DNA of 63,582 nucleotides, the filler included, from Octopus bimaculoides (taxonomy: Eukaryota), in NCBI RefSeq assembly GCF_001194135.2. It is 7 parts of 6 records of this genome, joined end to end, with 100 filler letters (N's around TTAATTAATTAA, not from the genome) between each part and the next. Parts side by side here need not be neighbours in the genome. Positions count along the whole stretch, not along the records: positions 1 to 22,418 come from NC_068982.1; positions 22,519 to 39,274 come from NC_068996.1; 5 more parts are not named here. The stretch is one strand, 5' to 3'. Within the stretch, counting starts at the first letter, position 1. Each line of letters begins with the position of its first letter. Below are positions 13,474 through 25,029 of this stretch, in pieces. The position numbers and the translations under genes were made by a program. The notes below the pieces were generated by a model that saw only the letters and a program-made list of their open reading frames with translations, was not told the origin of the DNA and did no database searches.

Positions 13474-14218
13474 NNNNNNNNNNNNNNNNNNNNNNNNNNN
13501 NNNNNNNNNNNNNNNNNNNNNNNNNNNNNNNNNNNNNNNNNNNNNNNNNNNNNNNNNNNNNNNNNNNNNNNNNNNNNNNNNNNNNNNNNNNNNNNNNNNN
13601 NNNNNNNNNNNNNNNNNNNNNNNNNNNNNNNNNNNNNNNNNNNNNNNNNNNNNNNNNNNNNNNNNNNNNNNNNNNNNNNNNNNNNNNNNNNNNNNNNNNN
13701 NNNNNNNNNNNNNNNNNNNNNNNNNNNNNNNNNNNNNNNNNNNNNNNNNNNNNNNNNNNNNNNNNNNNNNNNNNNNNNNNNNNNNNNNNNNNNNNNNNNN
13801 NNNNNNNNNNNNNNNNNNNNNNNNNNNNNNNNNNNNNNNNNNNNNNNNNNNNNNNNNNNNNNNNNNNNNNNNNNNNNNNNNNNNNNNNNNNNNNNNNNNN
13901 NNNNNNNNNNNNNNNNNNNNNNNNNNNNNNNNNNNNNNNNNNNNNNNNNNNNNNNNNNNNNNNNNNNNNNNNNNNNNNNNNNNNNNNNNNTATATATATA
14001 TATAAATAGATGTGTGTATCTATATGTGTATGTATATATGGAGAGAGAGAAAGAGAGAGAGAGGAAGGAGAGAAAGAGAGGGAATGTAATCCGTATATCT
14101 TACTTAATGTGAATATATTATATGAAAGCCACAGCACTGCGGTATTGGACTTGAGAAAGCATCTCGTATAGACGTATTGTCCTAAAAGGTACAGAAGTAT
14201 CAGTAGCAGATGAAAAAC

Positions 14219-14454
14219 GTCCAGAGCGGTACTGGAATTGCTAGATCTAGGATTTCTGCGTATTTGCGCGTCATCGGTAGCACGTATCCACTATTAGTGC
14301 GTGATTAGACAAATTTCGTCTCTTCTGATATAGAAAAAACAGTGATTAACAAGTCACTGGCGTTACATATATCTAACGGGCTGGATACTTGCTACCGATA
14401 ACACACCAATACGCAGAAATCCCGGATATAGCAACTCCACAGCTGCTGCTAGAC
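14219..14454. repeat. Imperfect inverted repeat (about 72-bp arms, about 91-bp spacer); MITE or hairpin RNA
   Basis: Left arm 14219-14290 (...GGATTTCTGCGTATTTGCGCGTCATCGGTAGCACGTATCCA) pairs with right arm 14382-14454 (TGGATACTTGCTACCGATAACACACCAATACGCAGAAATCC...). Confidence 0.8.
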
Positions 14455-15999
14455 ACTTAAGGGGAAAAAAGTTCAAAGGTTACCGGTGGGACATACATAC
14501 ATGCATACATACATACATACATACATACATACATACATACATTCGTACGTACGTACGTACGCACGAGTATATATGTATATGTATGTATTATATAGTGTTA
14601 GTACAATAAACATTATGAACAACATGAGAAGAACAATCATTGATAAATATCGTATTAGTTTCACACACGCTTGCAGAACTGAGGTGATATTGAATAAATG
14701 AAGAACCTATTTGTCACTGTTCATATGAATATTTTATTCAACACTCTTGATTGGATTGTTCAGCTAATAGTGTTATGAAGATTGACTCATAGATTAGCTT
14801 TTGTTACACAAGTGGATTCTGATCCCCTCTCCCAATTATAAATTATAAAGGACGCGTAATTGTCAATTTGGCCGAGTGGGATTAGTTGACTATAATATCT
14901 TATTCAATATAAATATGTAAAAGTACAATGTGAATCTCTCAAATTTCATGGCTATTAAGTTATGAGATCTGATATATTGCAATACCAGACAAATCAGTCC
15001 TAAAAGATTTTGAATTGGTGAAGTTATTATGATTGAGTCCCATAACCAATTGGGTACGTGGTGACAACATATTTTATCGTAACAAGTAAGTGTGTAGATT
15101 TAGAAAAATATTTATATCTTATATCTCATTTAGTGAGCAATAATAATTGTTTGGTTACAGTCTTCTATCATTGCAATCATTGGTTCACTGCACTATATTA
15201 TATACTAGATTATATTATATACTAGACTTATATAATAATTATATTATATACTAGACTTACAAACCAGCGTTGCCAGAAATTATTCACAGAATTGTTTGCC
15301 AGTTGGTACTTATGCATGTATCTATATTTAACCTAACTTCTGGACTTATTTAATTGGAACTATCAACGCTTTTTTTTTCTTAGAGAGTTACAAAATGTAA
15401 ACATTTGTACCGGAAGTTGACTCATTTAATGTCAAAATAGGATTTACAGAAAAAATAAGGGCTTAAATCTGCAGTGGAGTCACCAAAATGTGGTATGTTT
15501 TTGTTTAGTGTCGGTGCGATAGACATGTGTTTGCCTGAGAAATGACAAAACGATGACTTGTTTAACTATAACATTTTTTTATTTGCTGGTGTTAATAAAT
15601 AATATTAGCCACTACATTCAATTCTAACAACTTGCTTCGAGTTGCTAGAAAAATGATGGAACCAGGATATGTTCGTGTGTGTGTGTGTGTGTGTGTGTGT
15701 GTTCGTTCTCTCATCTTGCTTGGCCGGCGAAAGATCTCTGTCTCATAGTAGCAGAGGTCTCATAGTAGCAGTCTCCCTGTCTGTCTGTATCTCTTGCATT
15801 CACATACATATATTTGTATACATACACTCTTTTGTTTACATGACGGCCTGTCTTATATTGTGTTATATTATGTCGCATTCACTCACACACAGACATACAG
15901 TTTAATGCTCTAATCAACCTTACTGTTTACATCTTTATCAGTTGACTCTCTATCTTTTCCTTACTGGCATTTCCTAGTTCTCTATGTTATAGTATTATA

Positions 16000-16757
16000 A
16001 CATATAATATATTATATTTTTGTATCGACCGTGCGACGCGTTAAAAGCCTGTTTCCATTCGTCACCATTCTCCTTTGGTTCGCACGGTCGTTCTCTACAA
16101 ACTGGTGACCCCGACGTAATTCTGTTCACGCACCCGACGTGATTCTGTTCATACAGCCGACGTGATTCTGTTCACATAGCTTCTCTTAAATGGTGACTAA
16201 GTGCCAGATATAGGACCAACCGTTCTTTCAGTTTTTTCACTACTATTATTTCCTGTTTCGTCTGTTTGTCTTTGACAAACCGACTGGTGCGACGCTATGT
16301 AGTGAAACCACTTCTCTCGGTTATTTATTTACAAATGCGAACGTAGCAGGTAACAACTCTTTCCCGCCTTGGCCCCCGCTGTGTCATCACCTGACTGATT
16401 CTTATTTGTGCGGCATTTGTCTCCAGTTCTGTTTCGCGCCAGGGTGCATACCGACCAATCGTGGCCATCTAATAAGGTCACGCGAGAGAGTGTTTTTCTG
16501 TTACTTCTGGAGCCTATCTGTACCTATAAATAGCCTGCTTTATCCGCGCCACTAGGTCGCGGCTTCAGACCTTCTAAGGTCTGGTCGTTGACCACGTAAC
16601 ACCAACCAGCCAGTTTCCAGCGACGACATCAACACCATCGTTCAACTGTTTACTACATATAATATATTATATTTTTGTGTCGACCGTGCGACGCGTTAAA
16701 AGGAGCCTGTTTCCATTCGTCACCATTCTCCTTTGGTTCGCACGGTCGTTCTCTACA
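16000..16757 (+). mobile_element. Non-autonomous LTR retroelement (TRIM-like or deleted Gypsy): truncated 5' LTR, PBS, about 200-bp non-coding interior, full 3' LTR
   Basis: 16000-16099 repeats 16655-16757 directly (one substitution, one 3-bp indel). The full LTR 16298-16757 begins TGTAG, ends CTACA and has a TATA-like CTATAAATAG near 16524. A PBS follows the first repeat. Confidence 0.85.
16103..16120 (+). promoter_or_regulatory. Primer-binding site complementary to the tRNA-Trp 3' end
   Basis: TGGTGACCCCGACGTAAT lies 3 nt after the LTR end. The complement of the metazoan tRNA-Trp 3' end (...AUCACGUCGGGGUCACCA) is TGGTGACCCCGACGTGAT, a 17/18 match. Confidence 0.85.
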
Positions 16758-16996
16758 AATCTAATGAAAATTTAATAAAATCTAATCATAAGTAAGTGAA
16801 TTATGCTAACTTCAACTAAATTGAAAACCCTTCCCCACTGGCCATTTCGGCAATTCTGAAAACTTTTGTGTGCGAATTTTACATGAGTAGAAGCTTTTTG
16901 TTAACAATTTATTTCCTGAAAATCACCTGTTACTTTTGTTTTAGAGTGAAAGAGAGGAGAAAGTGAAAGATGCATGGACGTGTATACGAAATGGAC

Positions 16997-16997
16997 A

Positions 16998-17057
<60 letters not shown>

Positions 17058-17304
17058 CCACTTGCACATACAAGAGAACACACACGTTCACTCACTCTCT
17101 CTCTCTCTCTCACACACATACACTCTCTCTCACACACATACAGTCTCTCTCACACACATACACTCTCTCTCACACACATACACTCTCTCTCACACACATA
17201 CACTCTCTCTATCACGCACACACATGCACACGTACGTACAAAAAAGATGTACGCATGTGTATAGATGTATGTATGCATACATGACAACACACCCCTTCAC
17301 TCAC

Positions 17305-17350
<46 letters not shown>

Positions 17351-17390
17351 CGCTCTCTCTTTTTCTCTCTCTCTTTCTCTCTCTTATGTG
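16997..17390. repeat. (GT)n(GA)n, a roughly 20-bp (CT/CA) minisatellite and a (CT)n tract
   Basis: Directly visible; unit similar to CTCTCTCACACACATACACT. Confidence 0.9.
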
Positions 17391-18354
17391 TGTGAATATG
17401 TCACAGATAGTGGACGTGTGTTTGTGTTGATTGACACGCCAGGACATTCATTACATGTGTGTGTATTCTGTATGTGTTTATGTGTTGACGTCACGGAAGC
17501 CATGTTTTTTTCGTCAAGAAATAAGAAACAACAATTTATTTAATCGTTTAAATAGAGGTACAAATATGACAAAAATTTGTACTACACTGCCGAAGGTAAG
17601 TATGAAAATAAATATGCAAAAAGAAAAAAAAAATTAAGATAGAATGTGCTGTTTCTGAGATATTTCGGCTACACTCAAACATTTCTAGAGTTTTAGTATT
17701 ATTGAGATGCGCACACGATACAACGACCACGTCATTTAATAGCCAGTGCCCGCTACCCTTCATCAACCTTGACCATGACAAATTAAATAGAATCACCATT
17801 ACGTGTACAACAACAACCCCTTTTATTGACTTAACTTTAAAAAGTGGCTCCCACGTTAGCTCAGCCATCTTTGAATCATAATGTAGTGACATAGCTTCTC
17901 AGCTCTGTCATACACACGGACTACCTATTCAAACGCAACCGTATATGAAAATAGTTCTTAATCATATGGGCAAATGAATTCTGAAAGATGGAAACCAAGA
18001 CAACCCATCTAGAAAAGCAGGGACCTAGAATAAAAATAGGAAGAAAAAAGTGGGGACATTTGATGGGAATTATCACTGTCACTCTTGGTAGTAACTGTAA
18101 CTAACAACCCTCCCAGCATATCACAGAAACAAACCATTATTTCGAGTGGCTCGAGAATGGGAATAATGGTTTGTCACCTTTAGCCCAATCCTTATATCTA
18201 CAGAATTTAGTCCTATGTCGAGGAAAGCGGAATCTCTGGGTAAATTATTCAGGGTAGTCGTTTCACAGAGAAACTCTCAATTAAATACACCTAATCTACA
18301 TTGTATGTTGATTCTGTGATAGAAGAGGCATCCGACTGTTAACACCATGCCGAA

Positions 18355-18389
<35 letters not shown>

Positions 18390-19639
18390 ATAGAAGAGCG
18401 AAAGAACAGAAGCAGCATGGAGTAGAGGGAAATCTTTAGCCTTGTCGGATAGAACCTTTCTAGGGCCGGTGGCTTAATAAATAATATACGTTTACTGTTA
18501 AATGGTTTCTTACAGGAAAGACCTCCAGCTGTAAAATTTATAAAAAAGAAAAAAAAAAAAGAAAACAGGATATCCGGTATGCGTCAGACGCTCAATGATT
18601 ATGACGAGTGTCCGATCGTAAACGAACACAAAATGAAATAATGTTTGTCGGTTCGTACGAAACAGCCATGTTGAAGTGGCGACAAACATTACTTCTCAGT
18701 ATAGTTGCTACTTTCATCTCTATAAGAGATGAAAGTTGTAACTGATTTGCTTGAACACAGAACGATGGTGATGATAATAAATAAGACGATAACGAAAATG
18801 AGAAGATAATGGATAATGACGTATGACAGCGTACTATGTGCTTGGCATCTAATTACAGCTTTAGTAACACAGACACTACTCACAGAAACACAACATACAT
18901 TGCACACTCATATATACCACACGTAACACGTGATATAACAGTCCAAAATAATATGAATAAAACGAAATTTATATTCAAGAAACAGGGAGAAATTTCATGT
19001 TGGTAAAGAAAAAAAACCCTCCAAAATTTGTCAACGTCTATATAAGTTATCTATTATAGCAACCATGTGGATGTTGGACAAGAACAACGTTGTTTTTAAA
19101 ATGCCATTTGCTATTTAAAAGAGCATTAAGGCATAATTTGTCTTAATTAGAAGAAAGCACATCAGTGGCTTATTTACTCAGAGAACTAATGAGAGATAAT
19201 AGACGAGCTTCATCACTGTAAAATAATTCCAGTAATTTAACACATGCTGTTATATTTGCACTATTTATTTTTTTCATATTGAATGTATCAGAACTTTGCT
19301 TTTATAAACGAAAGCATACATGTACAAATTTGAGAATTTTGTATAAGGTTGACATTAAAAAAAAGTAAAAGCAAAAACAAATGAATAAAGGAATGATTTT
19401 AATAGCCGAAATTTACTCGACTAAGGCGTTACGACATCTTTTGTAACAAGCGATTTTACATGAAATATGGTATACAACAAAATAAGAACAAATTGTTAAA
19501 ATACCAGTGTCTACAAAATGAAGAATATGCTGACTGGTTTAATATGAAATGTATTTTCCAAGAATAAAAACTTGTGCGGGAATATGATGATATGATACGA
19601 TTCTGTAATGTCTTGCTGAACAAGCCTGCACAAATGACT

Positions 19640-19865
19640 TGCTTGTGGTGATCAAATGCATGTGCTGTACATTAGGTCACTCCCCCCCATCAAATCGATG
19701 TTGCCTGAAAAGTTAAACGGTGTATTACAAGTCAGGTGTCGAAGCGATCGTAGAGCAACGTGAGATGCTGTGTTTCGCTCAAGAACTCAACGCCCCGCCC
19801 TGTCCAGGAATTGAAACCACAATCTCCCGATCGTGAGTGCAACACCCTAACCACCGCTGGGCCAT
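19640..19865 (-). mobile_element. tRNA-derived SINE, family C
   Basis: AGAGCAACGTGAGATGCTGTG...CAAGAAC-CAACG...GAATTGAAACCACAATC...GTGCAACACCCTAACCAC on +; homologous to 30130-30270 and 38388-38520. Confidence 0.7.
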
Positions 19866-19924
19866 AGGAATATGACATTTATAAAGGATATATTCATTAC
19901 ACACACACACACATGCCATCAGCC

Positions 19925-20120
19925 GAGAGCCAAGTACCCTCCATGTTTTTAGGATTTGACTTGGCAAGACTTTCCAGTTCCCTGTTTTGCTCGGCCAGCT
20001 CTTCTTTCCAGTTTATTCTTTGATGTCGTCAGTCCATAAACGACTTTGACGGCCTCTTATCCTCTTTCTCTTTACGCTTCCTCTTAGGATGGTCATGGGC
20101 AGCGACACGTGCAACATCGT
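19925..20120 (-). mobile_element. RTE-clade LINE, 3'-terminal remnant
   Basis: Minus-strand pieces LPMTILRGS...IRGRQSRLWTDDIKE*TG resemble the RTE C-terminal G.R.RGRQ...W.D.I.EWTG motif. Confidence 0.65.
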
Positions 20121-20306
20121 TTGTGTGTATGTGTGTGTGTATGAACAAACGAAAGGATGTTGCACTCAGTACATAGCTGCAGTTGTATTTATCAACAAGT
20201 TGATTTAGCTCCTTGTGGTACTCAAACTTTTGTCTTCATATATCCGAGTAACTAGTGTCTTTTCACGTTCACAAAACTTTCAGTAACATGAAGAGCTGTC
20301 TATTTC

Positions 20307-20367
<61 letters not shown>

Positions 20368-20640
20368 NNNNNNNNNNNNNNNNNNNNNNNNNNNNNNNNN
20401 NNNNNNNNNNNNNNNNNNNNNNNNNNNNNNNNNNNNNNNNNNNNNNNNNNNNNNNNNNNNNNNNNNNNNNNNNNNNNNNNNNNNNNNNNNNNNNNNNNNN
20501 NNNNNNNNNNNNNNNNNNNNNNNNNNNNNNNNNNNNNNNNNNNNNNNNNNNNNNNNNNNNNNNNNNNNNNNNNNNNNNNNNNNNNNNNNNNNNNNNNNNN
20601 NNNNNNNNNNNNNNNNNNNNNNNNNNNNNNNNNNNNNNNN

Positions 20641-20697
<57 letters not shown>

Positions 20698-21435
20698 AAA
20701 AGAATGTGTGAGTGAAGGGTTGTGTTGTCATGTATACGTACATACATCAGTACACATGCGTACATCTTTTTGTATGCACGTGTACACACGCCCTCACACA
20801 TGCACACAAACGCACACACACACTCATAGTGGACCAAAATTTGCAACCAAAAAGAGTAGGTGGACTTATACATCAAGACAACTTTGGAGGACCCAAAAAT
20901 TACATGTGAAATGCCGCAAGATTTGAAAGATAGTATTGATGTCTGTTTACACTATATGATTTCACTATAGAGCACATTGACTTGTTCGCTGGAAAATAGG
21001 ATAATAAGCAAGGAAAAAATAGCTACGTGACATGCTTAAACCTAAGCCGACCCTCGTATTACTAGGACATTCATAGAATATGAGAAGACGGACATAACTG
21101 TGTTTTTATATGTTATAAAACAATAAACAGTTAGTTGCTAGCAATGAAACTGGAGAAGGGTAGCCAGAATCGGCAATATAATCACATGTTTGTGCAGTTG
21201 CTATTATTTAACAAAAATACACTGGGGTATCCTACAGGACTTAAGATGTGAATATAAACATCGTACAAAACAATGATGTAAGGTCAAATTCGGAGAGAAT
21301 AGTATCGTGTTCTGTGTATTATCCGTTGGAAGAAGGAAACTGAAATTTAATTGAAGTTTATTTAAAAGTTGGTGTTAATGCTGATTGGTGATATGATGGC
21401 AGAAGATCTATTGTCTACACCTCTGGAAAGTAAAT

Positions 21436-21436
21436 G

Positions 21437-21479
<43 letters not shown>

Positions 21480-21596
21480 GTCGTCGTCGTCGTCGTCGTA
21501 GTCGTCGTCATCGTCGTCGTCAACGTCGTCGTCATCGTCGTCGTCATCGTCATCATCATCATCATCATCATCAGCATCAGCATCATCATCATCATC

Positions 21597-21651
<55 letters not shown>

Positions 21652-21660
21652 GCAGCAGCT
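21436..21660. repeat. Compound trinucleotide microsatellite (CAT, CGT, CAA, CAG)
   Basis: Directly visible. Confidence 0.95.
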
Positions 21661-21802
21661 GGCTAACATTCCATCGACGTGAGAATAATAAATAGTAAAT
21701 ATATCCATAAATTTCTTTTAGGACCAAAAAGAAAAAAAATGATGCGCGATCTTCCGTGACTGGAGAGATCCGTACACATACATACATACATACATATGAG
21801 TG

Positions 21803-21840
<38 letters not shown>

Positions 21841-21900
21841 AATTAACAGAGTGAGATAGAAATCCAAGGCTGTGAAAGATTTCAGAACGTTTATAAATAA

Positions 21901-21948
21901 GTCTTATAGCTGTTTCCAGGATATTTTATATATCCCTTCATCGCAGAC
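21901..21948 (-). ncRNA. Second, more mutated hammerhead-like motif on the opposite arm
   Basis: Minus strand reads GTCT GCGATGA A GGGATA tataaaa TATCCT G GAAA CAGCTATA AGAC. Confidence 0.45.
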
Positions 21949-22147
21949 GGTGTTAGAAAATGGTTAAGCAATAGTTATTCTAGATTCTAGATAAGATATG
22001 AAATAGAGAGTGAAGTGGAGGAATGAAAATAGACGTGAGATATGCAGGGATATTGTATCCTTGCATATCTCACGTCTATTTTCATTCCTCCTCTCTCTAT
22101 TTCATATCTTATCTAGAATAACTATTGCTTAACCGTTTTCTCACACC

Positions 22148-22195
22148 GTCTCCGACGAAGGGATATATAAAATATCCCGGAAACAGCCGTAAGAC
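22148..22195 (+). ncRNA. Minimal type-I hammerhead ribozyme-like motif (Penelope-type variant)
   Basis: Stem I GTCT/AGAC; core CCGACGA (U4 is C); extra A; stem II GGGATA/TATCCC; G-GAAA; near-palindromic stem III ACAGCCGT; GUA triplet with predicted cut after 22191. Confidence 0.6.
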
Positions 22196-22462
22196 CTATT
22201 TATAAACGTTCTGAAATCTTTCACAGCCTTGGATCTTTATCTCATTCTGTTAACTTTTTTTATATATACGCATGCTGATATATGACCTATGTTGGACTCC
22301 TCATTCGCATAATCACCGAACCTGGAGCTTAACTATAGTCTGTCCATAGCACATGCTCAGTATTACTTGACACATTTGGGTCTTCTTGACACCGTTACCT
22401 CTCATAAACTATATATATNNNNNNNNNNNNNNNNNNNNNNNNNNNNNNNNNNNNNNNNNNNN

Positions 22463-22474
22463 TTAATTAATTAA
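22463..22474. other. Assembly spacer TTAATTAATTAA inside a 100-bp N gap (also at 39319, 45512, 56397, 59718, 62501)
   Basis: The identical 12-mer, which has stops in all six frames, sits inside an N run at six sites (44 N on each side where counted, at 22463). Confidence 0.95.
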
Positions 22475-24669
22475 NNNNNNNNNNNNNNNNNNNNNNNNNN
22501 NNNNNNNNNNNNNNNNNNTATATATATATATATATGTTTGTGTGTGTGCGCGGGCGCCTGTGTGTGTTTGTGAGTGTGTTTGTGCGTGCGCGTGCTCTGA
22601 TTATATTTATACAATTGTCTGTGACGTAGCAGAAGTTTGTTGCGGTGGATATCAAATAAATTCACGTCTCAAAATTCCGACTCCAAACGATTTTGCTATT
22701 CATCCTCCCCGAATCATTATATTAATATGTATAATGGTACCAACCCTCAATGTAGGGGGTGAAACAGTGATGAGTCAATCAACTATAACCACTTCTAGAT
22801 GTACTACACGAAAAGCAGTTTGTATGGAGTAGGGACAGTGTGGGACTAGTCTTTTAATCTGCTTAACTGAAATAACATTGGAAACAGGCAGCGACCGATT
22901 GGATGGAAACTATACAAAGAAAAATATGGGGTCAAAACAGGGAATCGAAATCTGGTGAACCTCGTAGAATTGAATGCAAAAGACTCAATGAAATATCGAT
23001 CAACGACGTCACTTTAATACAAGTTCGAAGTGATCCTCATTGTTATCTTCACCACTACCACCATCACCACCACCACCACCACTACCACTACCACCACCAC
23101 CACCACCGCCGCCGTCGTCGTCGTCATCATCGTCATCATCATCATTTTGATCAGCATTGTCATTAACCTCCATCGCTACCACTACCACCAGCACTACTAC
23201 ACCATCACTTCTAAAGACCATCATAATTATAATCATTATCGTAATCATTAATCACTAATAAATNNNNNNNNNNNNNNNNNNNNNNNNNNNNNNNNNNNNN
23301 NNNNNNNNNNNNNNNNNNNNNNNNNNNNNNNNNNNNNNNNNNNNNNNNNNNNNNNNNNNNNNNNNNNNNNNNNNNNNNNNNNNNNNNNNNNNNNNNNNNN
23401 NNNNNNNNNNNNNNNNNNNNNNNNNNNNNNNNNNNNNNNNNNNNNNNNNNNNNNNNNNNNNNNATATATATATAAAGTTTAAAACACATTCATGTATTAA
23501 CGAACATGCGTAGATAGCGAGAAATGGTTTCAACCGAAAATCAGGAACTGATTGCAGAGATGCTTTAAGAAAGTAAAAAAAGAAACGTCCTCTTATTTTA
23601 GAGTATTCTTTATCAATAGCTTAAGAATATTGACCTTTTATACGGGCATGGTGCCATCCATTAATATACTTAAAAATCGATATTATGAAAGAAAGCCAAA
23701 AATAGAAAGAAAAAAAAATAAGATAACTATCGCTATTCATCTGTGTTTCAGCATCCCTTCAATCTTCATAAGTTTCATCTTTGCTCCAGTAAGAACCTTG
23801 AAGCTTACAAGATTTGATTCTTCCAGGGCTGCTACATCAATTTCAGGATTTGATACAGATACAATTTTGTGTATATGCGTGCGTGCGAGTGTGCGTGTGC
23901 GTGTAATTTTATGCACGTAATAATAGGGAACAGTTTTTATACATATTTCATTAAATAACACGAATTTCTGCAAAGTTTATCATTTCTATTTTAGATTTTT
24001 CCTTTTTTTTTTCTTTCTAGTGTTTCGCAGTTCATTTGGTTCAAAGCTCAATTTGTATTCGACGTTTCTAAACCTTCACATTCTCGTTTTCAAGAATTAA
24101 ATTTAATACATTTGGCGTATAAGTTGACTCTTATATACTGAACATAATTAAATATTCATTTAGGTAGAAAGAAATTTAAAAAAAAACTACCATATTAACA
24201 AGAGATATTGAATTCGATATTGCAAACAACGCAAGTTTAGCCGACTACTGTTCGACAACACTGCTGCTTCCTGCAGCGGTGAATTATATTCTTTCAAAGT
24301 ACTTAGTAACAGGTCAAACGAATTGCTCTCTAAAATCTATTCTACGGCTTTACATTTCGAGTTCAAATGCAGTGGAGAAAAATAACTGCCCTTTGAGCCT
24401 TCTGAGATCGATAAATAAAGAAACCTGCTAATGGCAAGCACTGGATTAGCAGGATCGCTCGAATATTAGACGGAATGCTTTGTGGTACAAAGATAATAGA
24501 CTTAATTTGTTATTCGGTTTAATGTCCCTACCTGGTCCCTTTTAGTAAGATCCACTCTGTTACCAGCATTCGAGTGTTAGATCTGAGGATAACATCTTAC
24601 CTACTTTCCTTCTTCTCCCAGCTTTTATCACCCTCATCAACCTCTGGACATTATCATCTTGAGCCCATG

Positions 24670-24895
24670 GACTCAAGGGGCCAATTTCCTGGTTTCCACG
24701 ACGTATAAGTGACTGAGACCACAATATTTCCCTTCATTTGAGTGCCAATCCGTCGCAAGGTCAGTCCGTCGCAGATTTAGACCGTCGGAGGGTCACTCAT
24801 TTACAGCTGAGTGTACGGGGCCAACGTGAAGTGAAGTGTTTTGTTCAAGAACACAACGCATTGCCTGGTCTGAGAATCGAAACCACGATTTTGGA
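24670..24895 (-). mobile_element. SINE family C-related element
   Basis: CATTTACAGCTGAGTGTAC...CAACGTGAAGTGAAGTGTTTTGTTCAAGAACACAACGC...GAATCGAAACCACGAT on +. Confidence 0.7.
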
Positions 24896-25029
24896 GACCC
24901 TGAAAAGATTCAGGTGTTGGATATTGCCATTACCTCTCTAACTGAATGGTAAAAATGTTTAAGTTTGATTTCAAATTTTGCCCAGCTAGGTTCATTTTAT
25001 ATTTTCTGTTTTGTTTATGCGGCGAGTGT

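Larger units (their letters stand above)
21843..22253. repeat. About 410-bp palindrome (about 200-bp arms, 3-nt loop at 22053-22055); probably inverted Penelope-type terminal repeats
   Basis: The arms are reverse complements apart from scattered substitutions and two small extra segments in the left arm. Each arm carries a hammerhead-like motif. Confidence 0.9.

Noticed and set aside
16111-16174. Regularly spaced repeats considered as a CRISPR-like array
   Set aside because: Eukaryotic context, only 5-nt spacers, and located in an LTR leader.
19780-19865. tRNA-like heads of SINE families A, B and C considered as tRNA genes
   Set aside because: They continue into SINE bodies and lack complete cloverleafs.
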